64,000 nucleotides of DNA from Gemmatimonadales bacterium (GTDB lineage Bacteria; Gemmatimonadota; Gemmatimonadetes; Gemmatimonadales; GWC2-71-9), in contig JBAOHR010000011.1 of the NCBI GenBank assembly GCA_037045245.1, forward strand, positions 64,302 to 128,301, given 5' to 3'. Shown here in pieces: positions 52,134 to 61,682 of the stretch; the first letter of the stretch is position 1; each line of letters begins with the position of its first letter. A model generated the notes under the pieces. It ran no database searches. It was not told where the DNA came from and saw only the letters and a list, made by a program, of their open reading frames with translations. The translations under genes and the position numbers were made by a program.

Positions 52134-53995
52134 GCGCCTGGGAATCGTGGCAGCTGGCGGAACGCGCGGGCCGGGCACAAGCGGTCCTGGCCCTCATCTT
52201 CCTCGTGCTCGGCGGGGCCTTCTTCAAGGCGCAGGTGGTCGATGGCGCCGAGTTCCGGGTGGCGTCCGAGGGGAGCCGGCTCCGGCCGATTCCGTTGCCG
52301 GCCCCGCGCGGTGAGATCTTCGATCGCCACGGGCTGCTGATCGCCGAGAACGTCCCCGGCTATTCGATCCGGTTGCTGGCCTCGAGCGAGGACTCGCTGC
52401 GCTCGGTGCTCGGCCGGTTGCGCGCCTTCGTCCCGGCCGACTCGGTGAACGTCGAGAAGGTGGTCCGGCGATGGCTGCAGACGAAGTACGAGCCGGTGCT
52501 CGTCTTCGCCTCGGGCGAGTTCGGCATCGTCTCGACGCTGGAGGAGCATCGCGCGGCGATCCCCGGGCTGGTCATCCAGGCGGAGCCGTCGCGTCGCTAC
52601 CCGGACAGCACCGCGGTGGCCCACCTCGTCGGCTACGTGAGCGAGGTGAGTGAACGCGAGCTCGAGTCGGGGAACTTTCCGAACGCGCGCCAGGGCGAGG
52701 TCGTCGGGAAGAACGGGCTCGAGATGGAGTACGACTCGGTGCTCCGGGGGCGGCAGGGGATCCGGTACGTCGAAGTCACCGCGAAGGGTCGGACGATTCG
52801 CGACCGCGGCGTGAGCGGCTCGATCCGGCCGCAGGCCGGCGCCTCGATCAAGACGACGATCGACCTTCCGCTGCAGCGCTTCGTCGACTCGATGTGGCGC
52901 GCCGCGCTGCCCGGGAAGAACGGGGCGCTGCTGGCGATGACGCCGCAAGGGGAGATCCTTGCCTACATCTCCTTCCCGTCGTATGACCCGAACGACTTCG
53001 TCGGCGGGATCGACGCGCCGACCTTCAACCAGCTCAATACCGACCCCAACCGACCGCTCTTCGATCGCGTGATTCAGGCGACCTATCCGCCCGCCTCGCC
53101 GTGGAAGCTCGCCACCGCGGCGATGGGACTGCGGCGCGGCCTCGTCACGATGGACACGCGGATGCGGACGCCGTGCACCGGCGGCTTCCAGTTCGGCAAT
53201 CGCAACTTCCGCTGCTGGAAGCGCGATGGTGGCGGCCACGGGTCGCTGACCCTCGCGCAGGCGATCGCGACCTCGTGTGACGTCTACTTCTACCAGCTCG
53301 GCCTGATGCTCGATCAGGAGCCGTTGCTCGAGGACGGCGCCTCGATGGGCTTCGGGGAACGGAGCGGCGTCGACCTCGAGCGAGAGAAGTCCGCAGGGTT
53401 TCCGACCGTCAAGAGCTACATCCGGAAGAGCGGGGGAACCAGCTGGTCTCGGGGTGAACTCCTCAACCTCGCCATCGGGCAAGGGCGCAACGTCCAGACG
53501 CTGGTCGGGATGACGTCCTTCTATGCCGCGCTGGCGACCGATGGCGTGCGGCGCGCGCCCTTCATGGTGCGTCGCCGGACCGCCGCCAAGACGTGGGACC
53601 TGGGCCTCAAGCCCGACCAGCTGCAGGGCCTCCGCAATGCCCTCGCCGCGGTCGTGGACATGGGCACCGCCGCCGCCTCGGGTGGCCGTGAGCTGAAGGT
53701 GGCCGGGAAGACCGGCACCGGGCAGTTCCCGCCGCAGAAGGACCTCGGCTGGTTCATCGGCTACGCCCCCTCCGATGCGCCGAAGATTGTCGTCGGCATC
53801 GTCGTCGAGGAGGGGATCCACGGCTCCTCGGTGGCCGGCTACGTCGTCGAGGCGATCGGCAAGTTCCTCGGCCAACCGGTCGCGGGCACCCGCATCCAGG
53901 TGACCGAGGACACCTCCACGGTCGCGGTCGACTCGGTGGGGGGCGCGCCGCTCCGGACCCCGCGGGACACGGGCCGCCAGGGAGCACGGCCGTGA
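52130..53995 (+). CDS. mrdA: Penicillin-binding protein 2 (elongasome transpeptidase)
   Basis: GTG 52130. ..PAPRGEIFDRHG..IAEN; transpeptidase motifs: a SxxK-like ASPWK, TSCD, and KTGT (AGKTGTG). Confidence 0.9.
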   Translation: MSAWESWQLAERAGRAQAVLALIFLVLGGAFFKAQVVDGAEFRVASEGSRLRPIPLPAPRGEIFDRHGLLIAENVPGYSIRLLASSEDSLRSVLGRLRAFVPADSVNVEKVVRRWLQTKYEPVLVFASGEFGIVSTLEEHRAAIPGLVIQAEPSRRYPDSTAVAHLVGYVSEVSERELESGNFPNARQGEVVGKNGLEMEYDSVLRGRQGIRYVEVTAKGRTIRDRGVSGSIRPQAGASIKTTIDLPLQRFVDSMWRAALPGKNGALLAMTPQGEILAYISFPSYDPNDFVGGIDAPTFNQLNTDPNRPLFDRVIQATYPPASPWKLATAAMGLRRGLVTMDTRMRTPCTGGFQFGNRNFRCWKRDGGGHGSLTLAQAIATSCDVYFYQLGLMLDQEPLLEDGASMGFGERSGVDLEREKSAGFPTVKSYIRKSGGTSWSRGELLNLAIGQGRNVQTLVGMTSFYAALATDGVRRAPFMVRRRTAAKTWDLGLKPDQLQGLRNALAAVVDMGTAAASGGRELKVAGKTGTGQFPPQKDLGWFIGYAPSDAPKIVVGIVVEEGIHGSSVAGYVVEAIGKFLGQPVAGTRIQVTEDTSTVAVDSVGGAPLRTPRDTGRQGARP

Positions 53996-55233
53996 TCCGC
54001 GACCTCGACCGGCCGCTCTTCGTCGTCGTGACGGCGCTCGCGCTTTTCGGCGCGCTGATGCTCTACTCCGCCGAGCAGACCGACGTCGTGATGCGCGCGT
54101 CGGGCATCTGGACGCGCCAGCTGATGTGGCTGGGCGTTGGCTCGCTGGCGGCCGCGTTCACCTATCGGATGTCGTTCCGGATTCTGGACTGGGCCGCACC
54201 ATGGGTCTATGGCCTCGGTCTCTTCCTGCTGCTGCTGACGATTGTCGGCTTCGGGTCGGGCGGCGGCACCGGGGCGGGGACCAGCAGCTGGCTGACGATT
54301 GCCGGGAAGCGAGTCGGTCAGCCGGTGGAACTTGCCAAGCTCGCCACCATCCTGATGCTCGCGCGCTGGCTCTCGGGCCGACGCGACGTGCCCACCACGC
54401 TCCGCGGCCTGGTCGCTCCAATCAGCATTGCCCTCGTGCCGGCGCTCCTGGTCCTCAAGCAGCCCGACCTTGGCAGCGCCATGGTCTTCGCGGGCATCCT
54501 CTTCGTCATGCTCTTCTGGGCCGGTGTCGCGCCGTCGTTGCTCTTTCTGCTCGTGTCGCCGGTCGTGTCGCTCTTCCTCGCGTGGAACACCGTCGTCTGG
54601 AGCATCTGGATGGTGGTGGTCTTCCTGGCCCTCCTCTGGATCCGGCCGTTCATCGTCGAGTCGATCATGATCTTCCTCGCGAACTCGGCGATGGGGGCGC
54701 TGGCGATCGTCGTGTGGGGCAAGTTGAGCGACATGCAGCAGATGCGGATCCTCTCCTTCCTGAACCCCGAGGCCTACCGCACCAAGGGCGGCTACCACGC
54801 GATGCAGAGCAAGATCGCGATCGGCTCAGGCGGCTGGTTCGGGACCGGCTTCACCGAAGGCCCCCTGAAGCGAACCGGCGGGATCCCCGAGCATTGGACC
54901 GACTTCATCTTCGCGGTGGTGGGCGAGGAGTTCGGCTTCTTCGGCGTCGTGGTCGCCCTCGGGCTCTTCCTCGCTTTTTTCTTCATTCTCGTCCGGATCG
55001 CGCGACGAACGGCCGACCCCTACGCATCCTTGGTGGTATTCGGACTGATCGGCCTGATCCTGACCCACCTCTTCGAGAACGTCGGCATGACCATCTCGCT
55101 GATGCCTATCACGGGGATCCCGCTCCCGTTCTTCTCGTACGGTGGCTCCTTCCTCCTGGCGCTCTTCCTGGGGATCGGGATGGCCTTTCGGGCGGCCGCC
55201 GAGGCCCGGGCCTCGGGCTATGTTGATTCATGA
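53992..55233 (+). CDS. rodA: Rod shape-determining protein RodA (SEDS family)
   Basis: Ten-TM SEDS protein: QPVELAKLA..L.LA; ..GGYHAMQSKIAIGSGGWFGTGF..G......IPE.WTDFIFAVVGEEFGF.G. Confidence 0.9.
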   Translation: MIRDLDRPLFVVVTALALFGALMLYSAEQTDVVMRASGIWTRQLMWLGVGSLAAAFTYRMSFRILDWAAPWVYGLGLFLLLLTIVGFGSGGGTGAGTSSWLTIAGKRVGQPVELAKLATILMLARWLSGRRDVPTTLRGLVAPISIALVPALLVLKQPDLGSAMVFAGILFVMLFWAGVAPSLLFLLVSPVVSLFLAWNTVVWSIWMVVVFLALLWIRPFIVESIMIFLANSAMGALAIVVWGKLSDMQQMRILSFLNPEAYRTKGGYHAMQSKIAIGSGGWFGTGFTEGPLKRTGGIPEHWTDFIFAVVGEEFGFFGVVVALGLFLAFFFILVRIARRTADPYASLVVFGLIGLILTHLFENVGMTISLMPITGIPLPFFSYGGSFLLALFLGIGMAFRAAAEARASGYVDS

Positions 55234-55330
55234 CAACGACTTGCGTGTCAAGGTCTTGCGCGAACCGAGTTTTGAGCGCACGTTGGAGCTTCCTGTCGGC
55301 CGCTAGGAAGGCCGCCCTACGCGAGGTCGT

Positions 55331-56197
55331 ATGACCGTCATGGCGTGGTTCAAGAAGGAGCGCAAGACCAGAACCGCCACCAGGGAACGCCTGGAAATTC
55401 CGGCGGATGCCTGGGAGAAGTGCGAGTCCTGTGGCCACATTGATATTCGGGAAAAGTTCGAGAAGGCGCTCAACGTCTGTCCGGAATGCGGGACGCACAA
55501 GCGCTTCTCGGCCGAGGAATACATCGAGCTGCTGACGGATGAAGGCAGCTGGAAGGAGCTGTACCCGGAGTTGCAGTCGGTCGATCCGCTGACGTTCGAG
55601 CACTACGCCGAACGGCTGGTCGCCGCCCGGAAGAAGGGTGGGGCGTCCGACGCGATCTATACCGGCTTCGCCAAGCTCGAGGGCCATCCGCTGAACCTCG
55701 GCGTGATGAACTTCCGCTTCATGGGTGGCTCGATGGGCTCCGTGGTCGGCGAGAAGATCGCCCGCCTGGCCCGCCGATCGGCCGAGAAGAAGGTGCCGAT
55801 GGTGCTGGTCTGCACGTCGGGCGGTGCGCGCATGCAGGAAGGCGCGCTCTCGCTGATGCAGATGGCGAAGACCTCCGCCGCGATCGCCCAGATGAAGCTG
55901 GCGGGCGTGCCGTACATCTCGATCCTGACCGACCCCACCACCGGTGGCGTGTCGGCTTCGTTCGCGATGCAGGGCGACGTGATCCTCGCCGAACCGGCCG
56001 CCGTCATCGGCTTCGCCGGCCAGCGCGTGATCAAGCAGACGATCGGTCAGGACCTGCCGGAAGGATTCCAGACGGCGGAGTTTTTGCTCGAGAAGGGACA
56101 GATCGACGACGTGGTGCCGCGCGCCTCACTGCGCGAGACCACGGCGCGCCTCCTCCGCCACATGCAGGGGCACCGGCTTCGCGGCTCCGCCGCCTGA
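55331..56197 (+). CDS. accD: Acetyl-CoA carboxylase carboxyltransferase subunit beta
   Basis: WFKKE...IPADAWEKCESCGHI....F....NVCPECGTH.R is the Zn-ribbon; GSMGSVVGEKI.R. Alternative start at ATG 55340. Confidence 0.9.
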   Translation: MTVMAWFKKERKTRTATRERLEIPADAWEKCESCGHIDIREKFEKALNVCPECGTHKRFSAEEYIELLTDEGSWKELYPELQSVDPLTFEHYAERLVAARKKGGASDAIYTGFAKLEGHPLNLGVMNFRFMGGSMGSVVGEKIARLARRSAEKKVPMVLVCTSGGARMQEGALSLMQMAKTSAAIAQMKLAGVPYISILTDPTTGGVSASFAMQGDVILAEPAAVIGFAGQRVIKQTIGQDLPEGFQTAEFLLEKGQIDDVVPRASLRETTARLLRHMQGHRLRGSAA

Positions 56198-56222
56198 GTT
56201 GCCGGATCAACGTTCGGCTGTC

Positions 56223-56252
56223 GCGCCCCGCTCCCGATCCGGAGCGGGGCGC
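56223..56252 (+). terminator. Hairpin after accD
   Basis: Perfect 12-bp stem GCGCCCCGCTCC / GGAGCGGGGCGC with a 6-nt loop. Confidence 0.5.
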
Positions 56253-56279
56253 GCTGCTATGGGGTCTGACTTCGTGACG

Positions 56280-57518
56280 ATGTCGTATCAGGCGGCGCTC
56301 GACTTCCTCTATCCGCGCACCACCCAGATCAAGTTCGGGCTCGACACGACGCGCGCGCTGCTCGACGCGCTCGGCAATCCGCAGGGACAGTTCGCGACCG
56401 TCCACGTGGCCGGGACCAACGGCAAGGGCAGCACCGCCTCCCTGATCGCGGAAGCGCTCGGCGCGGCGGGCTTCCGGGTCGGGCTCTACACCTCGCCGCA
56501 CCTGGTCTCGTTCCGCGAACGGATTCGCGTCGACGGGACGCCGATCAGCGAGGAGGCCGTCGCGGCGTGGACCGACCTGCTGCACCCGACGATCCTCTCC
56601 TCGGGGGCGACCTTCTTCGAGGCCACGACCGCGATCGCGTTCGCGGATTTCGCGGCGCGCGGCGTCGAGATCGCGGTGGTCGAGGTGGGGCTGGGCGGCC
56701 GGCTCGACAGCACCAATGTGCTGACCCCCGTGGTGAGCGTGGTCACCCACATTGCGCTCGACCACCAGCGCTATCTCGGCGACACGCTCGAGGCGATTGC
56801 CGCGGAGAAGGCCGGGATCGCCAAGCCGGGGGTGCCATTCATCGTGGGCGATCCCGATCCGGCGATTGTCGCAATGCTGCTCGAGGCGGGCACCGCCGCC
56901 GTGCAGCGCGCCGATCCCACCGCGGACCTGCAGGCAGTCGTGGTGCCATCAGCGGCGCGCTACGACGGTCCCCTCGGCCTCCTCGGTCCGCATCAGCGGC
57001 GCAACGCGGCGGTGGCCGAGGCGGCGCTCGCCGCGCTTCCCCCGGCCTTTGCCGTCCCGCCGGCGGCACGCGCCGAGGCGTTCGCGCGGAGCCGGGTCCC
57101 GGGCCGGCTCGATCGCCGGGGGCGTTGGCTCTTCGACGTGGCGCACAACCCCGACGGGATGCGCTCGCTGACGGCGGCCATGGCCGAGCTCCGGCTCCCG
57201 GGGCCGGTCCATGGCCTGGTCTCGATCCTCGGCGACAAGGCCTGGCCCGCCATGCTGGTCGAGCTCGATCGCGCGCTGGATGTCGGTATCCTGACCGTCG
57301 CGCCGAGCGCGGACACCCGCCGGTGGGACCTTGGCTGGCTGGAGCGCTGGCTGGCCGACCCGGAGCGCCCGGCGGCGCGGGCGCGCTGGCGCCTGATCCC
57401 GGACTTTCGCGAGGCGCTCCGCACGGCGGAGCAGGGCGCGGGGACGATCGTCGTCACGGGGTCTTTCCACACGGTCGGAGACGTGATGGAGGCGCGGGGG
57501 GTGGAAGTCCTGGGGTGA
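56280..57518 (+). CDS. folC: Bifunctional folylpolyglutamate synthase / dihydrofolate synthase
   Basis: MSYQAALDFLY......KFGLD....LL..LGNPQ.....VHVAGTNGKGST......AL...G..VGLYTSPHLV.F.ERI. ATG 56280 is preferred because the accD hairpin lies upstream; ATG 56259 is the alternative. Confidence 0.85.
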   Translation: MSYQAALDFLYPRTTQIKFGLDTTRALLDALGNPQGQFATVHVAGTNGKGSTASLIAEALGAAGFRVGLYTSPHLVSFRERIRVDGTPISEEAVAAWTDLLHPTILSSGATFFEATTAIAFADFAARGVEIAVVEVGLGGRLDSTNVLTPVVSVVTHIALDHQRYLGDTLEAIAAEKAGIAKPGVPFIVGDPDPAIVAMLLEAGTAAVQRADPTADLQAVVVPSAARYDGPLGLLGPHQRRNAAVAEAALAALPPAFAVPPAARAEAFARSRVPGRLDRRGRWLFDVAHNPDGMRSLTAAMAELRLPGPVHGLVSILGDKAWPAMLVELDRALDVGILTVAPSADTRRWDLGWLERWLADPERPAARARWRLIPDFREALRTAEQGAGTIVVTGSFHTVGDVMEARGVEVLG

Positions 57519-57613
57519 ACGGCGAACAGCGGGTGAGACGTCAAACGTGAAACGGAAGGGGGTCAGGGCTCCCGTTTCACCTTTCACGTCTCACGGCCCC
57601 GGTTCCGTTCACC
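57514..57613. repeat. Heptad-derived palindrome 4: 100-nt imperfect hairpin built from GTGAACG/GTGAGAC/GTGAAAC units and their complements
   Basis: Three perfect 9-bp helices: GGTGAACGG/CCGTTCACC (57514-22 with 57605-13), GTGAGACGT/ACGTCTCAC (57533-41 with 57586-94), GTGAAACGG/CCGTTTCAC (57547-55 with 57572-80). The folC stop TGA lies inside the first unit. Confidence 0.85.
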
Positions 57614-57641
57614 GACGCCCCCCTCCCGACTATTTTGCGCC

Positions 57642-58949
57642 ATGACTGTGAAGCCCCTCCCCGGATTCCGCGACTTTCCGCCCGTCGATTTCGCCTTGCG
57701 GGCGCACATCTTCGCGGCCTGGCGTCGAGTGGCCACCCGGTACGGCTTCGAGGAGTATGATGGTCCGCCGCTGGAAAGTCTCGAGCTCTACACGGCGAAG
57801 AGCGGCGACGAGATCGTCGGCCAGCTCTACAATTTCGTCGACAAGGGCGACCGGGCGGTCGCGTTGCGGCCCGAGATGACGCCGACGCTGGCGCGGATGG
57901 TCGCGGAGCGCGCGAACGGGCTCAAGAAGCCAATCCGCTGGTTCTCGATCCCGCAGCTCTTCCGCTACGAGCGGCAGCAGCGCGGCCGACTGCGCGAACA
58001 CTTCCAGCTCAACTGCGACCTGATCGGCGAGGCCGGCCCGCTCGCCGACGCCGAGATCATCGCGCTGGCGATCGACGTAATGCGCGAGTTCGGACTCGGG
58101 GCAGGGGACGTGAAGGTCCGCCTCTCCGACCGCCGGGCGCTCACGGCGCTGCTGCGTGCGCGTGGCGTGACCGACGCGGGGATGTACGACGCGTACCAGT
58201 TCATCGACAAGCTCGAGCGGATGTCGCCCGAGGAAGTCGACAAGCGGCGCGCGACGCCACAGCCGTACGCGCCGGCGACGCCGGATGACCTGATCGCGAT
58301 CGCCTCGCTGCGCGGCCTGGAGAAGGTCGAGGCGGCGGTGACCGGACTTGCCGGCGGCTCGGAGGCGGTGGCGCCGCTCCGCGCGACGGTCGACGCGCTG
58401 ACCGCGATGGGCCTCGCGGACTGGCTCGAGATCGACTTCACGATCGTGCGCGGGATCGCCTATTACACCGGCACCGTCTTCGAACTCTTCGACGCGGGAC
58501 GGTCGCTCCGCGCGATCTGTGGCGGCGGGCGCTATGACACGCTGCTCAAGAACCTCGGCGGCGTGGACCTCCCGGCGCTTGGCTTCGGCATGGGTGATGT
58601 CGTCCTCGGTGAGCTGCTGAAGGATCGCGGCCTCCGCCCGATTCCGCCGGCCGCGATCGATGCCTTCCTCGTGGGCGTGACACCCGAGGACCAGCCACAC
58701 CTGCTGGGGCTCGCCCACGAACTGCGCGACGCCGGGATCCGGCTCGAGTACGCCTTTGGCGAGGCCGCGGTCGGCCGCCAACTCAAGCTGGCCGATGCGC
58801 GCGGCGCGCGGCTGGCGATCGTGATGGGTCCCGATGACCGGGCCCGCGGCGAGGTGCAGCTCAAGGACCTCGTCGGCAAGACGCAGGAAGCGGTGGCGCG
58901 CGAGGCGCTGCCGGCCCGTTGTCGTGACCTCCTTTTCCGGATGCCCTGA
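57642..58949 (+). CDS. hisS: Histidine--tRNA ligase
   Basis: GFRDF.P.........F......A..YGF.E...P..E...L...KSG.EIV.Q.Y.F.DKGDR.VALRPE.T....R; ..GGGRYD.L. Confidence 0.95.
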   Translation: MTVKPLPGFRDFPPVDFALRAHIFAAWRRVATRYGFEEYDGPPLESLELYTAKSGDEIVGQLYNFVDKGDRAVALRPEMTPTLARMVAERANGLKKPIRWFSIPQLFRYERQQRGRLREHFQLNCDLIGEAGPLADAEIIALAIDVMREFGLGAGDVKVRLSDRRALTALLRARGVTDAGMYDAYQFIDKLERMSPEEVDKRRATPQPYAPATPDDLIAIASLRGLEKVEAAVTGLAGGSEAVAPLRATVDALTAMGLADWLEIDFTIVRGIAYYTGTVFELFDAGRSLRAICGGGRYDTLLKNLGGVDLPALGFGMGDVVLGELLKDRGLRPIPPAAIDAFLVGVTPEDQPHLLGLAHELRDAGIRLEYAFGEAAVGRQLKLADARGARLAIVMGPDDRARGEVQLKDLVGKTQEAVAREALPARCRDLLFRMP

Positions 58950-58953
58950 TCGC

Positions 58954-60399
58954 ATGGCTGACAACAAAGCGCTGACTCCCCGGGCCCAGGATTTCTCCGC
59001 CTGGTACAACGACCTCATCATGAAGGCCGAGCTCGCCGACTACAGTCCGGTGCGCGGCTGCATGGTCATCCGGCCGAACGGCTACGCCATCTGGGAGCAG
59101 ATGCAGCGCGCCCTCGACGACGCGTTCAAGGCGACCGGGCACCAGAACGCCTACTTCCCGCTGTTCATTCCGCAGAGCTTCCTCTCGAAGGAGGCGGAGC
59201 ACGTCGAGGGCTTCGCCCCCGAGCTCGCGGTGGTCACCCACGGCGGGGGGAAGGAGCTCGAGGAGCCGCTGGTGGTCCGTCCGACCTCCGAGACGATCAT
59301 CTACGCGATGTTCTCGAAGTGGATCCAGAGCTGGCGCGACCTCCCGCTGCTGATGAACCAGTGGGCCAACGTGGTCCGCTGGGAGATGCGCACGCGGCTC
59401 TTCCTCCGCACCACCGAGTTCCTCTGGCAGGAAGGGCACACCGCCCACGCCACCGAGGCGGAGGCGGAGGAAGAGACGCTGATGATCCTCGGCCTCTATC
59501 GCCGCTTCATGGAAGAGTGGATGGCGATGCCGGTGATCACCGGCCGGAAGACCGATGCCGAGAAGTTCGCCGGCGCCCTGCGCACCTATTCGTGCGAAGC
59601 GCTGATGCAGGACAACAAGGCGCTGCAGGCCGGCACCTCGCACAACCTCGGCCAGAACTTCGCCAAGGCGTTCGACGTGACGTACCAGACGCCGGAGGGC
59701 GGCCTCGACCACGTCTGGAACACGTCGTGGGGCGTCTCGACGCGGTTGGTCGGCGGCCTGATCATGACGCACGGCGACGACACCGGGATGGTCTGCCCGC
59801 CGCGGCTGGCGCAGTGGCAGGTGGTGATCGTCCCGATCTGGCGGAAGGACGAGGAGCGCGAGGCGACCTTCGCGGCCACGAACGCGCTCCAGTCGGAACT
59901 CCGTGCCGCCGGAATCCGCGTCACGACCGACCTCCGCGACATGAAGCCCGGTGCCAAGTACTACGAGTGGGAGGCGCGCGGCACGCCGTTCCGCCTGGAG
60001 ATCGGTCCGCGCGACCTCGCCGCCGGCACGGTGATGCTTGCGCGCCGCCTTGGGGGCAAGGAGCCGATTCCGATGGCCGGCCTCGCCGAGCGGCTGCACC
60101 AGGAGATGGCGGCGATGCAGCAGCAGCTGCTGGACACCGCCGTTGCCCGCCGCGAGGCAGCGTCGCTCCGCGGGCCGAAGAGCAAGGAGGAGTTCATCGC
60201 CTTCCTCGAGGGGAACGGCGGCTTCGTGTATGCGGGCTTCTGCGGCGACCCGGCCGTCGAGGCGGAGATCAAGGAGCAGACGAAGGCGACGATCCGTTGT
60301 CTCCCGGATGCGGAGTTCCGCTCGCCCGTCGCGCCGACGACCTGCATCTGGACCGGCCGGCCCGCCGTGGTCGAGGCCCTCTTCGCGAGGGCGTATTGA
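58954..60399 (+). CDS. proS: Proline--tRNA ligase (short archaeal/eukaryote-like type)
   Basis: DFS.WY.D...KAELADYSPV.GC...RP.GYAIWE..Q..LD...K.TGH.N.YFP.FIP.S.L.KE..HVEGF.PE.A.VTH.G...LEE.L.VRPTSET; C-terminal ...FARAY. Confidence 0.95.
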   Translation: MADNKALTPRAQDFSAWYNDLIMKAELADYSPVRGCMVIRPNGYAIWEQMQRALDDAFKATGHQNAYFPLFIPQSFLSKEAEHVEGFAPELAVVTHGGGKELEEPLVVRPTSETIIYAMFSKWIQSWRDLPLLMNQWANVVRWEMRTRLFLRTTEFLWQEGHTAHATEAEAEEETLMILGLYRRFMEEWMAMPVITGRKTDAEKFAGALRTYSCEALMQDNKALQAGTSHNLGQNFAKAFDVTYQTPEGGLDHVWNTSWGVSTRLVGGLIMTHGDDTGMVCPPRLAQWQVVIVPIWRKDEEREATFAATNALQSELRAAGIRVTTDLRDMKPGAKYYEWEARGTPFRLEIGPRDLAAGTVMLARRLGGKEPIPMAGLAERLHQEMAAMQQQLLDTAVARREAASLRGPKSKEEFIAFLEGNGGFVYAGFCGDPAVEAEIKEQTKATIRCLPDAEFRSPVAPTTCIWTGRPAVVEALFARAY

Positions 60400-61682
60400 G
60401 CACCCATCTCGTCGCCGCGGGGATCGTCCGCACCGAGGAAGGGACGCTGGCCATGGCCGGCGTCCCGCTCCCGGTGATCGCGGAGCAGCACGGGACGCCC
60501 ACCTACTGCTATGACGCGGCGACGATCCGGTCGCAGTATCGGCGGCTCGACGCCGCCTTCGGCAGCCTGCCGCACCGCATCTGCTACGCCGTGAAGGCCA
60601 ACTCCAACCTCGCCATCCTGACGCTGCTCGCGCGCCTCGGCGCCGGCGCCGACATCGTCTCCGGCGGCGAGATGCTGCGCGCGCTCGCGGCCGGTTTCGC
60701 GCCCGAGGACATCGTCTTCAGCGGCGTGGGGAAAACCGACGACGAGTTGCTGGCCGCGATCGCAGCCGGCATCGGGCACGTGAACGTCGAATCGCTCGCG
60801 GAGTTGCGCCGGCTCGCGATGTTCGCCGACCTGCGCGGCGCCACGGTGACCGTCGGGATCCGCGTGAACCCCGACGTCACCGTGGACACGCACCCCTACA
60901 TCTCGACGGGGAAGGGCGGTCTCAAGTTCGGCATTCCGGTGGACCAGCTGCCCGAGGCGCTCGAGGTCATCGATGCCTCGACCGGCCTCCGGCTCAACGC
61001 GCTGGCGATGCACCTCGGCTCGCAGTTGCTCGCGACCGCACCGTACGAGGCGGGCGTCACCCGCCTGCTCGAGCTGCTCGCGCAGGTGCGCGCCGCCGGG
61101 CATTCCCCGGAGGTGCTCGACATCGGCGGGGGCCTCGGCATTCTCTATCGCGACGAGGAGCCGCTCGATCCGGCCGAGTGGATGACGGTGCTCGGACCGG
61201 CGCTGGCGAGCAGCGGCTGCTCGATCCACGTCGAGCCGGGCCGCTACCTGGTCGGCAGTTCGGGTGTCCTGCTCACGCGGGCAATCTACCGGAAGCACTC
61301 GGGCGGCCGCGAGATCCTCGTCGTCGACGCCGCCATGAACGACCTCATGCGGCCCGCGCTGTACAAGGCGTGGCACGAGATCGTCCCGGTGGACACCATT
61401 CCGGGCGAGTTGCTGCCCACGGACATCGTGGGGCCGATCTGCGAGAGCGGCGACTTCCTCGCGCTTGAGCGCCCGCTCGCGCCGGTGGCCGGCGGGCAGC
61501 TCCTCGCCGTGCTCGGCGCCGGCGCCTACGGCTTCAGCATGAGCTCCAACTACAACACCCGCGCACGCGCCGCGGAGGTGCTGGTGGACGACGGCCGATG
61601 GGCCGTGATCCGCCCGCGCGAGCGCCTGACCGACCTCTTCCGTGACGAGATCGCCGACCCCTTCGCTGACGAGTCCCCGTGA
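60396..61682 (+). CDS. lysA: Diaminopimelate decarboxylase
   Basis: ..GTPTYCYD...IR..Y..L..AF......[26 protein letters not shown]; ..GGGLGI.Y; ..GP.CESGD. TTG 60396 overlaps the proS stop, so the start is uncertain. Confidence 0.9.
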   Translation: MSTHLVAAGIVRTEEGTLAMAGVPLPVIAEQHGTPTYCYDAATIRSQYRRLDAAFGSLPHRICYAVKANSNLAILTLLARLGAGADIVSGGEMLRALAAGFAPEDIVFSGVGKTDDELLAAIAAGIGHVNVESLAELRRLAMFADLRGATVTVGIRVNPDVTVDTHPYISTGKGGLKFGIPVDQLPEALEVIDASTGLRLNALAMHLGSQLLATAPYEAGVTRLLELLAQVRAAGHSPEVLDIGGGLGILYRDEEPLDPAEWMTVLGPALASSGCSIHVEPGRYLVGSSGVLLTRAIYRKHSGGREILVVDAAMNDLMRPALYKAWHEIVPVDTIPGELLPTDIVGPICESGDFLALERPLAPVAGGQLLAVLGAGAYGFSMSSNYNTRARAAEVLVDDGRWAVIRPRERLTDLFRDEIADPFADESP

